Shown: one piece after another, positions 49,312 through 61,575 of the stretch
Position numbering within the stretch: the first letter of the stretch is position 1
Layout of the letters: every line of letters starts with the position of its first letter
Assembly: GCF_001194135.2 (NCBI RefSeq)
Contig: NC_069003.1
Span: forward strand, 19,608,188-19,672,187
Direction of reading: 5' to 3'
Source of the DNA: Octopus bimaculoides
Taxonomy: Eukaryota
DNA: 64,000 nucleotides
Position numbers and translations under genes: made by a program
Notes under the pieces: model-generated
Databases searched by the model: none
Told to the model about the DNA's origin: nothing
Seen by the model: the letters and a program-made list of their open reading frames with translations, nothing else

Positions 49312-50063
49312 GTAGTAGTAGTAGTAGTAGGAGTAGTAGTAGTATAATTCTTGAAATATCAAGAATGGACTCCACTACAAGTATCCAATATTTAGATGGT
49401 GAACTTTACTCTGGGGACAGGTGTAGTCCATTTGCCGAGCTTCTACATAGTTTCCATTAATCTAATTCCATTCAGGTTTTGATTGACCTGAGATTGTAGT
49501 AGAAGACACATGCTCAAAGTGGTACATCAAGGGACTTAAGCCCCCAAACCTTCTTAACCATACTACTATATCTGTGCTAAATGGGATGTTAAATTATATC
49601 AGGCAAAACCTGGTAGGTCAACTGATGCCAAATACAATTGTTCCCAACCTTTTCACTAACCCTAATCCCTTTTATTTAAATAATATTTTCCCCACTGATT
49701 CCAGTCTTTTGAAAAGTATGTCCCCTCTGTAAACCAGTTTTATTAACACTCTTTTTCCTAGTTTTATTTCTTAAAAGATATATGTAAGTGAATAATAATT
49801 ATATGCAAATACACTCTGTAAAGTTGTTGTTATTAAGAAGAGCATTCAGGCATAGAAACCATGCCAAAGCAGACACTGGAACTTAGTGCAGCCATCAGGC
49901 TAAACAGTTCATGTCAAACTGTGCATCCCATACCAGCATGGAAAAGGGGATACTAAATGCTGATGATGATATGTGCATGTGTATGTTTGTGGATTATACA
50001 CATGTAGTAGATTTCTTGCTTCCATATTTTTCAACCCTCATCATATATATATATGTGTGTGTG

Positions 50064-50139
<76 letters not shown>

Positions 50140-50409
50140 ATTGCCAACACGGCCACTACTACTACTACAACCAACAAAAAATGCCCCCACATGGACTATT
50201 GACACCAGTAAGGAACAATTATGAACTCTTCATTTAATTTCATTTTTTTAAATATGTATTTTTGATAAGGTTCGTTTTTACAAGAACCAAAACATGTTAA
50301 AAATATCTGACTAAATTTTAAATTAAAATTCATTTTTTATATATTTGCGTTTTCAAACTTCTTTTTTATAAATATATACCCACTCGTATGGCACCTACAC
50401 TTTTTTATC

Positions 50410-50448
<39 letters not shown>

Positions 50449-50689
50449 TACATATATAATGTAACATTTATTTAAACAAAAACTGACAGTTTATTCAAGT
50501 TTGCCAAGTGCCTCATGACTAAGCCCAACTGCCACTTTTCCATATAATAAACACATCTTTCCACTCTGCACCTAGTACTGAGTTCTATAACAGATAGTAT
50601 TTGCACCCTGTATAATATACTCCAGGATGTATTTCACAATTATTTCATTCTAAGGTTTGTGTGTGTGCAAAGAACAAACGTACAAGTCA

Positions 50690-51890
50690 GTGAGGGAGCC
50701 TCTATACAGTCACATGATCTGTTGGAAATATAAGCCAGATTTCCCTCAAATCACATGCTACTAACTTAAAAAAAGAAAAGACATATTCAATAAATAAATT
50801 ATGTCCAAAAACATGTATGTTGGAATGGTCATGGTTGGCACACACTTTGAGTGTAGATTTCCTTGCCAGGGACTGATCATGGGCTAAAGAATACTATCTG
50901 AGAAAAAAAGAAAAAAAAAAGAAAAGCGACAAAAGAATTACCTCATGTACTTGAACAGTTTCAAGAAACCCTTGAAGATCGGAGTCGTTTTCCTGGGTCA
51001 TCTCCATTTGGGATTCAGCAATCAACCTCTCCTGAATTTGGTGTTGGTTCTTCATTATTTTCGTCATGTCGAGGTCTTCAGCCGAAGAGAGGGCTGTATT
51101 TATTTGTTGTAAACGCTCATCTAGCTGCACAGTAGCAATGATGGGAGCAGAGGGGTTGATCTGCAGTGTTGGTTCATTGATGGCCCGTGCAACTATCAAC
51201 CGGACATTACTGCCAGACTGGCGAAGCACAGATGCCACCTGCTCTGAACTCATACCGCGCACATTGAAATCTCCTATTTGTAATATGTGGTCCCCACTGC
51301 GTAACCGGGTGTCCTAAAATATTTTAAATATATATGTATTAGATTTTACAATACATATCAAATATATACATATACATACATATATATATACATAGTGATC
51401 AAAAAAGAGAGCACGCATAAAGAGACACTTCTATACATATATGGCCATAAATAAATACATAGATTCACACATATTATTCTCAAATTTTTGTACATGAACA
51501 TGCATTAATATGACAAATTAAAGAGGGAGCATTTATGTGGTCACTTCACCTGCTAGAAACAGCAGTTAAACCTCCTTTACAATCAAAGTAAAAAGATAGA
51601 GATCATATTGGATCATGTAGTGTTACATGTCCCTAAAAACACAGAATGGCTTGCCTTTGATCACAGGTCTGATTGATTAAGGTTTAGCATACAAGCCAAC
51701 AAGAGAATCTCTACAATGTCATTCAATCTGCTGAAAAAAGCAGCCAAATCTCTCTCCAATGACACTCACCATCTTTTAAAAGAAAAAGGATACATTACAG
51801 ACCAACATACATTATGAGCAGAAACCAATATTTTATTGCCACAGCTAGTAGGCCTCTTTCCAAATGTGGGGTTAGCCCAGGGCTAAACAA
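50690..51890 (+). mobile_element. Copies of abundant short repeat family D flanking exon A
   Basis: Motif ctgctagaaa(t/c)agcagccaaatct(c)cctcaaatcac at about 50715, 51550 and 51730. It also occurs at about 4330, 34260, 39985, 44345 and 53490, and reverse-oriented at about 890, 32135, 42600 and 52980. Confidence 0.6.
50942..51313 (-). CDS. MPDZ: MPDZ/PATJ exon A (372 nt, phase 0-0): PDZ2 C-terminal half plus linker
   Basis: Acceptor attttag|GACACC and donor CATGAG|gtaatt. Encodes 124 aa, DTRLRSGDHILQIGDFNVRGMSSEQVASVLRQSGSNVRLIVAR...ETVQVHE. Overlaps ORF 50894..51262. Confidence 0.93.
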
Positions 51891-54800
51891 CAGAACTGGC
51901 TCATCTCATGCTACCTCTGCTCAGTCAATTCTAGTGAGAGCTAGCAAGAAGAAGGGCATCTGGCCATCTCTTTTCCTCTGCTAGCCCCTTGATAATATTT
52001 TCATATTTGATTCCCAATTCTAATCATTTTTATAATATTTTACATCTAATTATTTTTTTGTATAATAGTGCTCATTTGCTTAGTAAATATTGCTTTCATT
52101 ATTTTATCACAGTCCTAATCTCTCTTTTTTAAACAAACATCAAGGCAGTCCAACTACGGAGGGGGAAGCAGTTTGTCAAGTTTTATCTTCCCCTCAAAGC
52201 AACATAGAGATTTCAATTCAGAAGCCCACTTGTAAGCTTTGCAGTGTATGTGTGTGTGTGTGTGTGAGTGAGAGAGAGAGAGAGAGAGAGAGAAGGGGGA
52301 GGGAGAACATTGCAAACAATGAATGAAATAAACATGAAATGAAAAATTTGTATAAATAAAAGGGCTTAACTACAAATGTACACACCCAATTTTGTTGCCT
52401 CATAACATCCTGAGAAATGGATACTTTTTAACAAAATTTTCTATAAATACCGCTTAGATGTTGTGGCTTCAGATTATATGGGAAAGAATTTTCCCAAGGG
52501 GATGAAGAGAGGAGTTTTGAAAAATTCACAAGATCTGGGTGTTTTCCCTCATAAGTTTCAGGAGAATGGGTATCATTCAATGAAAGTTTATACAAATACC
52601 TTTCATACAGCATAGATTACAATTATAAAGAAATTTGTGGGATAAATTTTTTCTGAGGAGGTGGGGAGAAGAGCTTTTGCTCAAACAGAGTTTCTGATCA
52701 GGAAGACCAAATAAGTTAGAACTACTCCATTTTGATGGGGGTTTCCACCCACTACGTTTTTTAAACCACAGCCTTTGAAATGATGAAGTGGGGATAGGGG
52801 GCATCTTTGTATGGGGAAAAAAGTTTGGAAAAAATTTTTTTACAACCTCTGCCCCCTCATCATCCCACTCTGGACCTATTTTGGCCAATTTTTTTGCACT
52901 TCAAAACATGGGAGGAGCTTTTATGATAGAAAAATAAAAAAAGACTTAATATTCTCAGAGGTAGAAGTGAGTGATTTAAGGGAGATTTGGCTGTTGCTTC
53001 TAGTACATCTCAAGACAACCCTCCTCGTTTCTTTATCACTCTTGCATGTATTGATGTTTTTCAATATTTTACTCCCCAAAAATACATTTATATGCTATAA
53101 AAACTAAAATTTTCAAAACTATGAATATTTTGCAATCCCACTCACTGCCCCGATTGTTTCTGTTTATAATTTAAAATACTGGAGAGCCTGAGAAGGTCAT
53201 TGCTGGCATTTATCCACAGTGATTTAAAAAAGGAGTTAATTAAACAATAATTCATTAGCATACTTTTCTGTTAGAAAATGTTTTTTCTTACACACACACA
53301 CACACACACAGCTTCACTTGATTGAGGTACGAGTACAAGTTCAGATTATAATTTTGTTGTTGCTCACATTCCACCAATGGACCACGCATATATTACTTTG
53401 GCATCATCATTCCATAGAATGTGTTTAATAGGAGAAAAATATTGAAAAAACATCAATACATGTGAGTATGGAAACAGAGGGCAGCTTGAGTTTGCTAGAA
53501 ACAGCAGCCAAACCACCCCTGAATTGTTTATCTTTTGCTTTGAAAATATTTACAATTATTATTATTTTTTTTTTACCAAAAAGGCTCTTCCCTTGGTTTT
53601 TAAGTTAAAAAAAAAAATGGCCAAAATTGGCCCAGGTAGTTATTATTATAAGGCTTATAGCATTCCAAGCAGCCATAACAACAAAATCACTTCTTAATTT
53701 CTTTTATGAAAATTATATGGGTATATTAAAAAATTTTCATTCAATAAATAATGTTTTCATATTATGTATACAGAATAAACTGCGGGTTTTGCAAATAGTG
53801 AATTAAAATTTGAAATGTAAACATTGACATAAAGAGTGAGAGATTTGCAATTGAAAACAGATAACTCTGTAGTGAATGTAATGAATATTTAAATTTGTGA
53901 AAAATTGGAGTTCAAAAATTCAATAAACTTCTGCAATTGAAATTATCAGAAATTTCTTGGAACATGAATTTATTAAAAAACTCTCAGACGGTTAAGCCTT
54001 TAATAACTGCTTTCTTTTGGTAACTTTTAATTACATAATCAAAAAGCAGCTTTCTCCATTATTATATAAATATATATATATGTATGTGTATATGTGTATN
54101 NNNNNNNNNNNNNNNNNNNNNNNNNNNNNNNNNNNNNNNNNNNNNNNNNNNNNNNNNNNNNNNNNNNNNNNNNNNNNNNNNNNNNNNNNNNNNNNNNNNN
54201 NNNNNNNNNNNNNNNNNNNNNNNNNNNNNNNNNNNNNNNNNNNNNNNNNNNNNNNNNNNNNNNNNNNNNNNNNNNNNNNNNNNNNNNNNNNNNNNNNNNN
54301 NNNNNNNNNNNNNNNNNNNNNNNNNNNNNNNNNNNNNNNNNNNNNNNNNNNNNNNNNNNNNNNNNNNNNNNNNNNNNNNNNNNNNNNNNNNNNNNNNNNN
54401 NNNNNNNNNNNNNNNNNNNNNNNNNNNNNNNNNNNNNNNNNNNNNNNNNNNNNNNNNNNNNNNNNNNNNNNNNNNNNNNNNNNNNNNNNNNNNNNNNNNN
54501 NNNNNNNNNNNNNNNNNNNNNNNNNNNNNNNNNNNNNNNNNNNNNNNNNNNNNNNNNNNNNNNNNNNNNNNNNNNNNNNNNNNNNNNNNNNNNNNNNNNN
54601 NNNNNNNNNNNNNNNNNNNNNNNNNNNNNNNNNNNNNNNNNNNNNNNNNNNNNNNNNNNNNNNNNNNNNNNNNNNNNNNNNNNNNNNNNNNNNNNNNNNN
54701 NTATATATATATATATATATATAAAAATATATATATAAAATCATCTTTGTTTTAACATCCACCTTTCCATGCTTGTATGCATCAGACAGAATTTAATAGG

Positions 54801-56203
54801 ATTGAACTATCATCCACCAGCTAAACTACTAAATTTCACACTTAATGCTTATGTGCACTATTCCATTGTCTCATGGATTCAATAATGTGTTCAGTTCCAA
54901 ATTCCAGGAATGTTACTAAATATGACAGTGGAATGAAGAAGACCAGAGGATATGTATAATGCCTGAAACATTGTGATAATAACAACCAAGATAAAGGGGA
55001 CACTAGTCTAAAATACATCAAAGTATAATAATTTGTTCTTCATCTTTCTGGGATTGATAAAATGACGATCAGTTAAGAAAAGGGATCGATCTGATCTTCT
55101 AGACCTTCTCTCTAAAGATTTGTGACCTTGTGCCCAATGCTGGAATTTAATATATTCTGCCAAGCTTTACAGCAGCTTAATAAAATGGATTGAACATTAC
55201 ATTTTGCTCTAACTGGAAAATACAAAGTGCATTATTTTAAGAAAAAGGGCAGCCAATTACAAAAGGTAATTGCTGTATTAAGAACTTTTTACATAGTTGA
55301 TTAACTTGCTCAATGTAGCAGTAACACCTCTATCAATGAACATCCTGTAAGTCATTAAAATGAAAATCTTAAGTTGTTAAGATATTTCGCCTACAATAAA
55401 GATGTGTGAGCCACTGCTGGAAGCTGATCAAGCAATTATGTTTAACTGAAACGAAAACGGTGACAAAATGCCAAGAGAGAAAATGCCAAGGAAATTAATC
55501 AGTGTCTTAATAGAATGGAAACATGTAGCAAAAACCATAACTGCATTTGCTTTCTGCTTTTCTGATGGGAGAAAGAGTGAGAGAGAAGTGGGGTGAGACA
55601 GAGTAAAACAAAGCAAGGTGCCACATAAATATATACAAGATGTTGGTCTTTTAAATTTTTTCAACTACCACCTTGCCATAATCCCTCAGTAGAACAGGAC
55701 AGAGTTTCACAAAATCAACAATGTGGTGGTGGTGGCAGTGGAGGCCAATTTTCTAATCAAAACAAGGAAAATATGTTTCTATTCAACACTGAAATTGCAG
55801 ACACAGTTGCTTGACCACAACTCCTGACAAGGGTGTCACTCCACCCATCATCTGTTCCTATGTAACAGGAGGTAGGAACTGAACTCAGAAATACTGTTGA
55901 TCCTCTGCTTTGAAGTAGTACTTTATCTCTAAAGTCTAAAAGGTTAAAAGGTGAAGCTATCATTGAGAGAAACAGATACTACAAAACATTTAACAAAAGT
56001 TCCAATGTATCTGCCAATTTGCTGTCCCTTCTCTGAAGTAATTTCATACAAATATCTGAATTTGCCAAAACATTAGAAATGTGTGTGTGAATTTACACCT
56101 TTTCCCAGTTTACCCGTGTCATGCCTTCCCCACCATCCTTTATATCACTCTATCACTCATCCCTCTCCTAACTACTGCATTATTCTGCTGTTGTAATTAA
56201 ATA

Positions 56204-56918
56204 CTTTCTACTATAGGTACAAGATCTGAAATTTGTGGGAAAGGGTAGTCACATTAACCCCAGTGCTGATCTGGTACTTAGCTTATTGACTCCCAAGAGG
56301 ATGAACAGCAAAGTTGACCTCAGCAAGATTTGAACTCAAAACATAAAGCTGGGAGAAATACAATTAAGCATTTTGTCTGGTGTGCTAACAATTCTGACAG
56401 CAGGACCACATGTATTGATCATCCTTTTCTGTGCGACCAGTTATCCCTCCCATGACCCAGAACCACTTCCTTTGACAGCCATCCTTCATTCTTAACATTA
56501 TCCGCCTACTCCCAATCACATTTTCTATTGATCACCCTTCCTATGTTTCCATTTATCTCTCACTCTTCTTAAATCATTTCTTATTGACTCCCCCTTAATA
56601 TATTCCTGACCACTTATCACTATATGTCTAACTCTCCTCAGACACTCTTATAACATATCCACCTATCATCTCCTTCTTTCTCTCATCTTCTTTCTCTAAG
56701 GCAGCAAGCTAGCAGAATTGTTAGCACACCGGGCAAAATGCTTTGTGGCATTTTGTCCATCTTTACAGTCTGAGTTCAAATTCTGCCAAGGTCAACCTTA
56801 CCTTTCATCCTTTCGGGATTGATAAATTAAGTGCCAGTCAAGTACTGGGGCCAATGCGATCAACTATCCCCCTCCTCTAAAATTTCAGACCTTGTGCCTA
56901 AAGTACAAAGGATTATTA
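56204..56918. mobile_element. Head-to-head inverted pair of SINE family B copies
   Basis: Minus copy at 56204-56405 and plus copy at 56699-56918, with a ~300-bp spacer. Confidence 0.78.
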
Positions 56919-57254
56919 TCACCTTCTCCCACCTATCTTCCCTCCAATTCATCACCATCTCCGACACCTGAACCACTCTCTCTACACACGCTTGCAACCC
57001 CTACCTATCCACTCTTCCAGATCTTCTATCCCCACTCTCTTACGTTAATCTTCTTGTACTTTGAAGACACACTCTCACACCTTGTCACGACCTTCTTATT
57101 TCTCTGTATCTAACTTGATTATTCCCACCTACCCTTACATAAAGCAAGGTAGCCATGTATCTCTTTTACAACAAGAAACCTGTTCCTACCCTTTATTTCA
57201 TACTTTAACCTCTCAATACCTAGCATAAAGCTAACTTCTTCTCTACTACACTCC

Positions 57255-57492
57255 CTCTCAGTTGAGAGGCTCTTTACTTTTGTGAGTTACATGGTGACCT
57301 CACTAATACTGATGACATGGAAAAAAAAAAGGACCCAATACCTTCTATAAAGGGGTTGGCATTAGGAAGGGCATCCAAGTGCAGAAAACATGTCAGAATA
57401 GACACTGGAGTATGATACAATCCAATCAATACTGTTGAACCATCCAACTCATGCCTGCATGTATGACAGACATTAAATGATGATAATGATGA
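57255..57492 (+). mobile_element. RTE-tail-related short element (family C)
   Basis: ggggttggcattaggaagggcatcc motif and (GAT)n tail are shared with the 3' UTR of the RTE at 61576. Other copies lie at about 2130-2340, 12100-12300, 25520-25960, 43060-43215, 43800-43930 and 49810-49980. Confidence 0.7.
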
Positions 57493-58367
57493 TTAGGTGA
57501 AAACAGGTACAAAAAAAGGAGATATTTGCAAAATATATACATCATCACGTATGCTATACGTCCTACATATACTACATATATACATCTATGTTATTATATG
57601 CTATATATGCTAGTACTTGTATAATGATATTTTATAGCATGCTTAAACACACTTGAAATAATGTTATAAAAATGAGAAGACTCACATTATAACATACTTT
57701 AAAGCTCACACAATACCTATGTGTGTGTACAAATGTATGCATAAGAAGTTTAATGTGAGTGCGTGAGTGTGTGTGTGCATGTGTGTACATATATAATATT
57801 TGTTTTTATGCCAAGGTTACATATACAAACATTTAAACATTAAACTCAATACTCTTCAGTAGAATACATGTTTATTAAACTTTTACAAGGAAAAAGTTGA
57901 TTACTGACTTTGAAGTTTAGGTTTGCTTACCCTTGTATATAAAATCTTTAAAATACATTTTTAACAAATTAAATATCCTCAAATGTACAATCAAAAACTT
58001 AAAATTCTATGTGTGTGTATGTACACAGACACACAAGGACATTCTATAATAGTACACTATTACGAGAGATGTATACACATGCACACATAAATATAAACAG
58101 AATTTTTTTGACGTTTTTTTAAATTTGGAAAATATTAAATGCCAATAAATCATATTTCCAGAAACAATCACCTCACAAAAAAGTAATAAATAAATAGAGT
58201 GGAAGTAAACCAAAAATAAAGAATTTTAAATCAAAATTCATAAAATATCTTCACATTGTTTTGGTAATTTATGTGTGTCACAGGAAGGGGATTAAATATT
58301 CATTTCAAGACATCACTTCAATATAAAATGAAAAGGTCATGTTTAAATTTCATTAAAGAGGCCAGAG

Positions 58368-58424
<57 letters not shown>

Positions 58425-58494
58425 ATCAGTAATAACATTTTAATTTCTTAAATCATGTATTTTAACACCTCAGTGATTATTGTTTCTTGTTTCC

Positions 58495-58692
58495 CTGGCA
58501 GAATTGTTAGAGCATCAGACAAAATGCATTGCAATATATCTTCCCTCTCTTTTATGCTATGAGTTCAAGTCTTACCAAAGTCAACTTTATTTTATCAACC
58601 TCAGAAGAAGGAAAAGCAAAGTACCACTCAATACTCTCAACTAACACTCTCACCACAAAATTGCTGGCCATGTGCTTAAATCAGAAACCATA

Positions 58693-58737
<45 letters not shown>

Positions 58738-58975
58738 GGTGCTGGCAGAATCATAACATATTGGAAAAAATCCTTAGTAGCATTTCTTTTGGCTTTTTCA
58801 CAGTCTGAGGCCAAATTCTGCTGCAGTCGACTTTGCTTTTCATCCTTTTGCAGTTGATAAAATATGTAGCAATCAAAAACTGGGGTTCATGTAATCAGCT
58901 TCCCTTTCCATTCAAAATTGCTGGGCTTATGCCAAAATTTGATGATGACGGCATCGTTGTCATCATCATCATCAC

Positions 58976-59023
<48 letters not shown>

Positions 59024-59049
59024 CATTATTATTATTATTATTATTATTA

Positions 59050-59083
<34 letters not shown>

Positions 59084-59085
59084 CT
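58495..59085 (+). mobile_element. Two tandem SINE family B copies with long (ATT)n tails
   Basis: Copies at about 58495-58690 and 58738-58940, with (ATT)n at 58690-58736 and 58977-59085. Confidence 0.7.
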
Positions 59086-60171
59086 ACATATTATGAGCTG
59101 AAGAAGTTATCAAATTTAAAATGTAATAAGATTCATCTTATGACACAAAAAGTGGTTGGAAAAATATTCAGCGTAGTCCTCCTCATCATCATCATGATTA
59201 TTAATATTATTATTATAATTAAGGTTTTTCATCAGCTATATATGTATGCATATGTGAATCACATAAATACTTTTAACTATATATCTTATACCTATATATA
59301 ATGTCTATCAAGCCGTGTACATTTGCATGTGTGTGAGAGTGTACACGCATATGTATAAATGTGCATACACATACACACTCACTTTCTCTCTCTCTCTCTC
59401 TCTCTCTCTCCCTTCCTCACACACCCATTCAATGTCTCTTCCTCTGTCTCTCTCTCTCTATCGCTCTGTCTGACTCTCTCACACATTCTTCATCTCTATT
59501 TTTCACAAGGAAGATTTAATGATCAGCCAAGTGTAAAATTATGAAATACACTTTAAAAGAAAAGAAGAGAAGAAACCAAACAAAAACAAACAAACAAACA
59601 AAACAAAAAAAAGTATAAAAAAACCTAACATTCAATCACTTCCCTCATACTGAAAAATATGTTGTTTTGAACTTAAAAGAAAATAATAAAATCTCATTTT
59701 TCTCAAATGGAAATTCTATTTTACAAAATAATGGACAACATCCTTTTCCGCCGTCTTCCTGCTGCCACTGCTATCACCACAACCACCACTATGTTTTGAA
59801 GAAAACTGATAATGTTGAAGGAAACTGTTCAACTTCAATGAATACTCATTAATCAGTTGCTAATAGAAAGAAAAAGAAAAAAAATACGATTAACATTCCC
59901 CCCTCCCCTCTTTCCTCTGTGTGTGTGTATCAGATTTCAAAAAATTTAATGATATAGATATTTTTATGTTAAATGCTAAATTTGTAGAACACATCATGTA
60001 ATCTACTTTAATGCTTTTTAAATAATAACTTGAGGTTTTTCTTTCTTTTATTGCTTGCTTATTTATTTATCTATTTATGTCAGGTTTTCATTCATTTAGG
60101 GTTTTATTACATAAATATAAATACACACACACATCTATATTTGCACATATACATACCTATATATACATATA

Positions 60172-60581
60172 TGTGAGGTTGTGTGGAGGAAAGAAGTTTG
60201 CTTCCCAGCCACATGGTTATAGGTTCAGTCCCACTGTGTGACACTTTGGGTAAATGTCTTCTTCCATTGCTTTGGGCCAACCAAAGCCTTGAGTGGATTT
60301 GATAGACAGAAACTCAAAGACAGCCATCATATCTCTGTATGTATGTGTGTGTATGAGGGTGCATGTGTCTTTGTATGTGTGTTTGTTCCACACTACCATT
60401 TGACAACTGGTGTTGGTGTATTTGCGTCCTCATAACTTAATGGTTTGGCAAAAGAGACTGATAAAATAAGTACCAGGCTTAAAAAAAAAAAAAAAGTACT
60501 AGGATTGATTCATTCAATTAAAATTTCTTCAAGGCAGTGCCCCAGCATGGCTGCCGACTAATGACTGAAACAAGTAAAAGA
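60172..60581 (+). mobile_element. SINE family A, full length
   Basis: Head, body and tail match the copy at 38201-38585. Confidence 0.8.
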
Positions 60582-61575
60582 CACATACACACACAATTAC
60601 ATACCTACACATATATTGTGGGGGGGGGGGCGTTAATTAATAATAATAATGATAATGATCCTTTCTACTAAAAGCACAAGGCCTGAAATTTGCGGGGAGA
60701 AGGCTAGTCAGTTAAATCAACCCCAGTACTGGTACTTATTTCATCAATCCCAAAAGAATGAAAGGCGAAGTCAATCTCGGTGGAATTTCAACATCACTGG
60801 TGCCAAGCTGTATCGGCCTTTGCCTTTCCCTTGGATAACATCAGTGGCATGGAGAGGCTGGTATGCATGAGTGACTGCTGGTCTTCCAGAAACAACATTG
60901 CCCAGACTTTTGCCTTGGAGGGTAACTTTCTAGGTGCACTCCCGTGGGCATTCATGACCAAAGGTTAGGGGGTGTCTTTACTTTACCTTTATTTATATAT
61001 CAAGTCATAATCATCATTTAATATTTGGACTCCATGCTAACACAGGCTGGGCATTTTGATAGGATCTGGTGAACTACATGAGTGTGTTCAGTTTCAATAT
61101 CAGCTCAGGCAAGTTTATATGGTTGGATGTCCAGCCTAATATCAACCACTTCACGGTGTGTACTGGGTGCTCTTTCCATGCTACTGCGACCAGCATGACT
61201 GCTATGTAATTTGCAAGACAGAAAGATAAATGACCTGTAGCAGCACTGTATTTTGTTATGTAACCATAATATACTACAAAGTATATCAAATGCTTTTGTA
61301 AGTCAATACTGTGTTCTACTGAGTTAGCAGTGCTATTATGTCACTTTCTCTAGAAATCATAGCCAGTACTGTGTGTTTAATATGTAAAATTAGTATATCT
61401 AAAAATGTTACACGGCTGTATTTAGTGGCTCTTTAAGCAATGAGCTCATGGATGGTTAATGAGTTGGATGGGTACTGATGAAGGAGTGAAAACTGAAATA
61501 TGGTATATACACTCATTACCCATTTTTCATCTTTAATTTCATTGTTGTTTATATTAGGCATCTCAGATACAAAGT

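Larger units (their letters stand above)
7850..51313 (-). other. MPDZ: MPDZ/PATJ-family multi-PDZ gene, partial (4 coding exons in window; gene continues beyond both edges)
   Basis: Spliced exons give one open frame: DTRLRSGDHILQIGDFNVRGMSSEQVASVLRQSGSNVRLIVAR...MFDVQLVKDTRGLGITIVGYVAGGGAPDELSGIYVQSIAEGSAAHLDGRTEVNDQIIEVDGKSLNGFSNSDAVKLLQQTDRTVNLKLIRYK. All introns are GT-AG with matching phases (0,1,0). GMSSEQVAxVLRQ is characteristic of MPDZ/PATJ PDZ2. An invertebrate gene is likely co-orthologous to both MPDZ and PATJ. Confidence 0.9.
9254..54701. other. Eight assembly gaps (N runs)
   Basis: 9254-9369, 10757-10766, 12543-13035, 27127-27230, 30305-30684, 47033-47189, 48963-48981 and 54100-54701. 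Each abuts a (TA)n, (GT)n or (GA)n microsatellite on at least one side. Confidence 0.98.

Noticed and set aside
52870-53630. Short inverted similarity ttttggccaatttttt / aaaaaaatggccaaaa
   Set aside because: Too short and low-complexity to define transposon termini.
9109-54762. Long ORF-track entries rich in X, YI, CV, HT, ER or poly-I/L
   Set aside because: They are translations of N-gaps and di- or trinucleotide microsatellites, with no coding signal.
55680-55990. GC-elevated coding-looking segment upstream of exon A
   Set aside because: It was tested as the missing first PDZ2 exon. There is no GLGF/GxxVKTI-like sequence and no suitable splice sites, so that exon is probably beyond the window.
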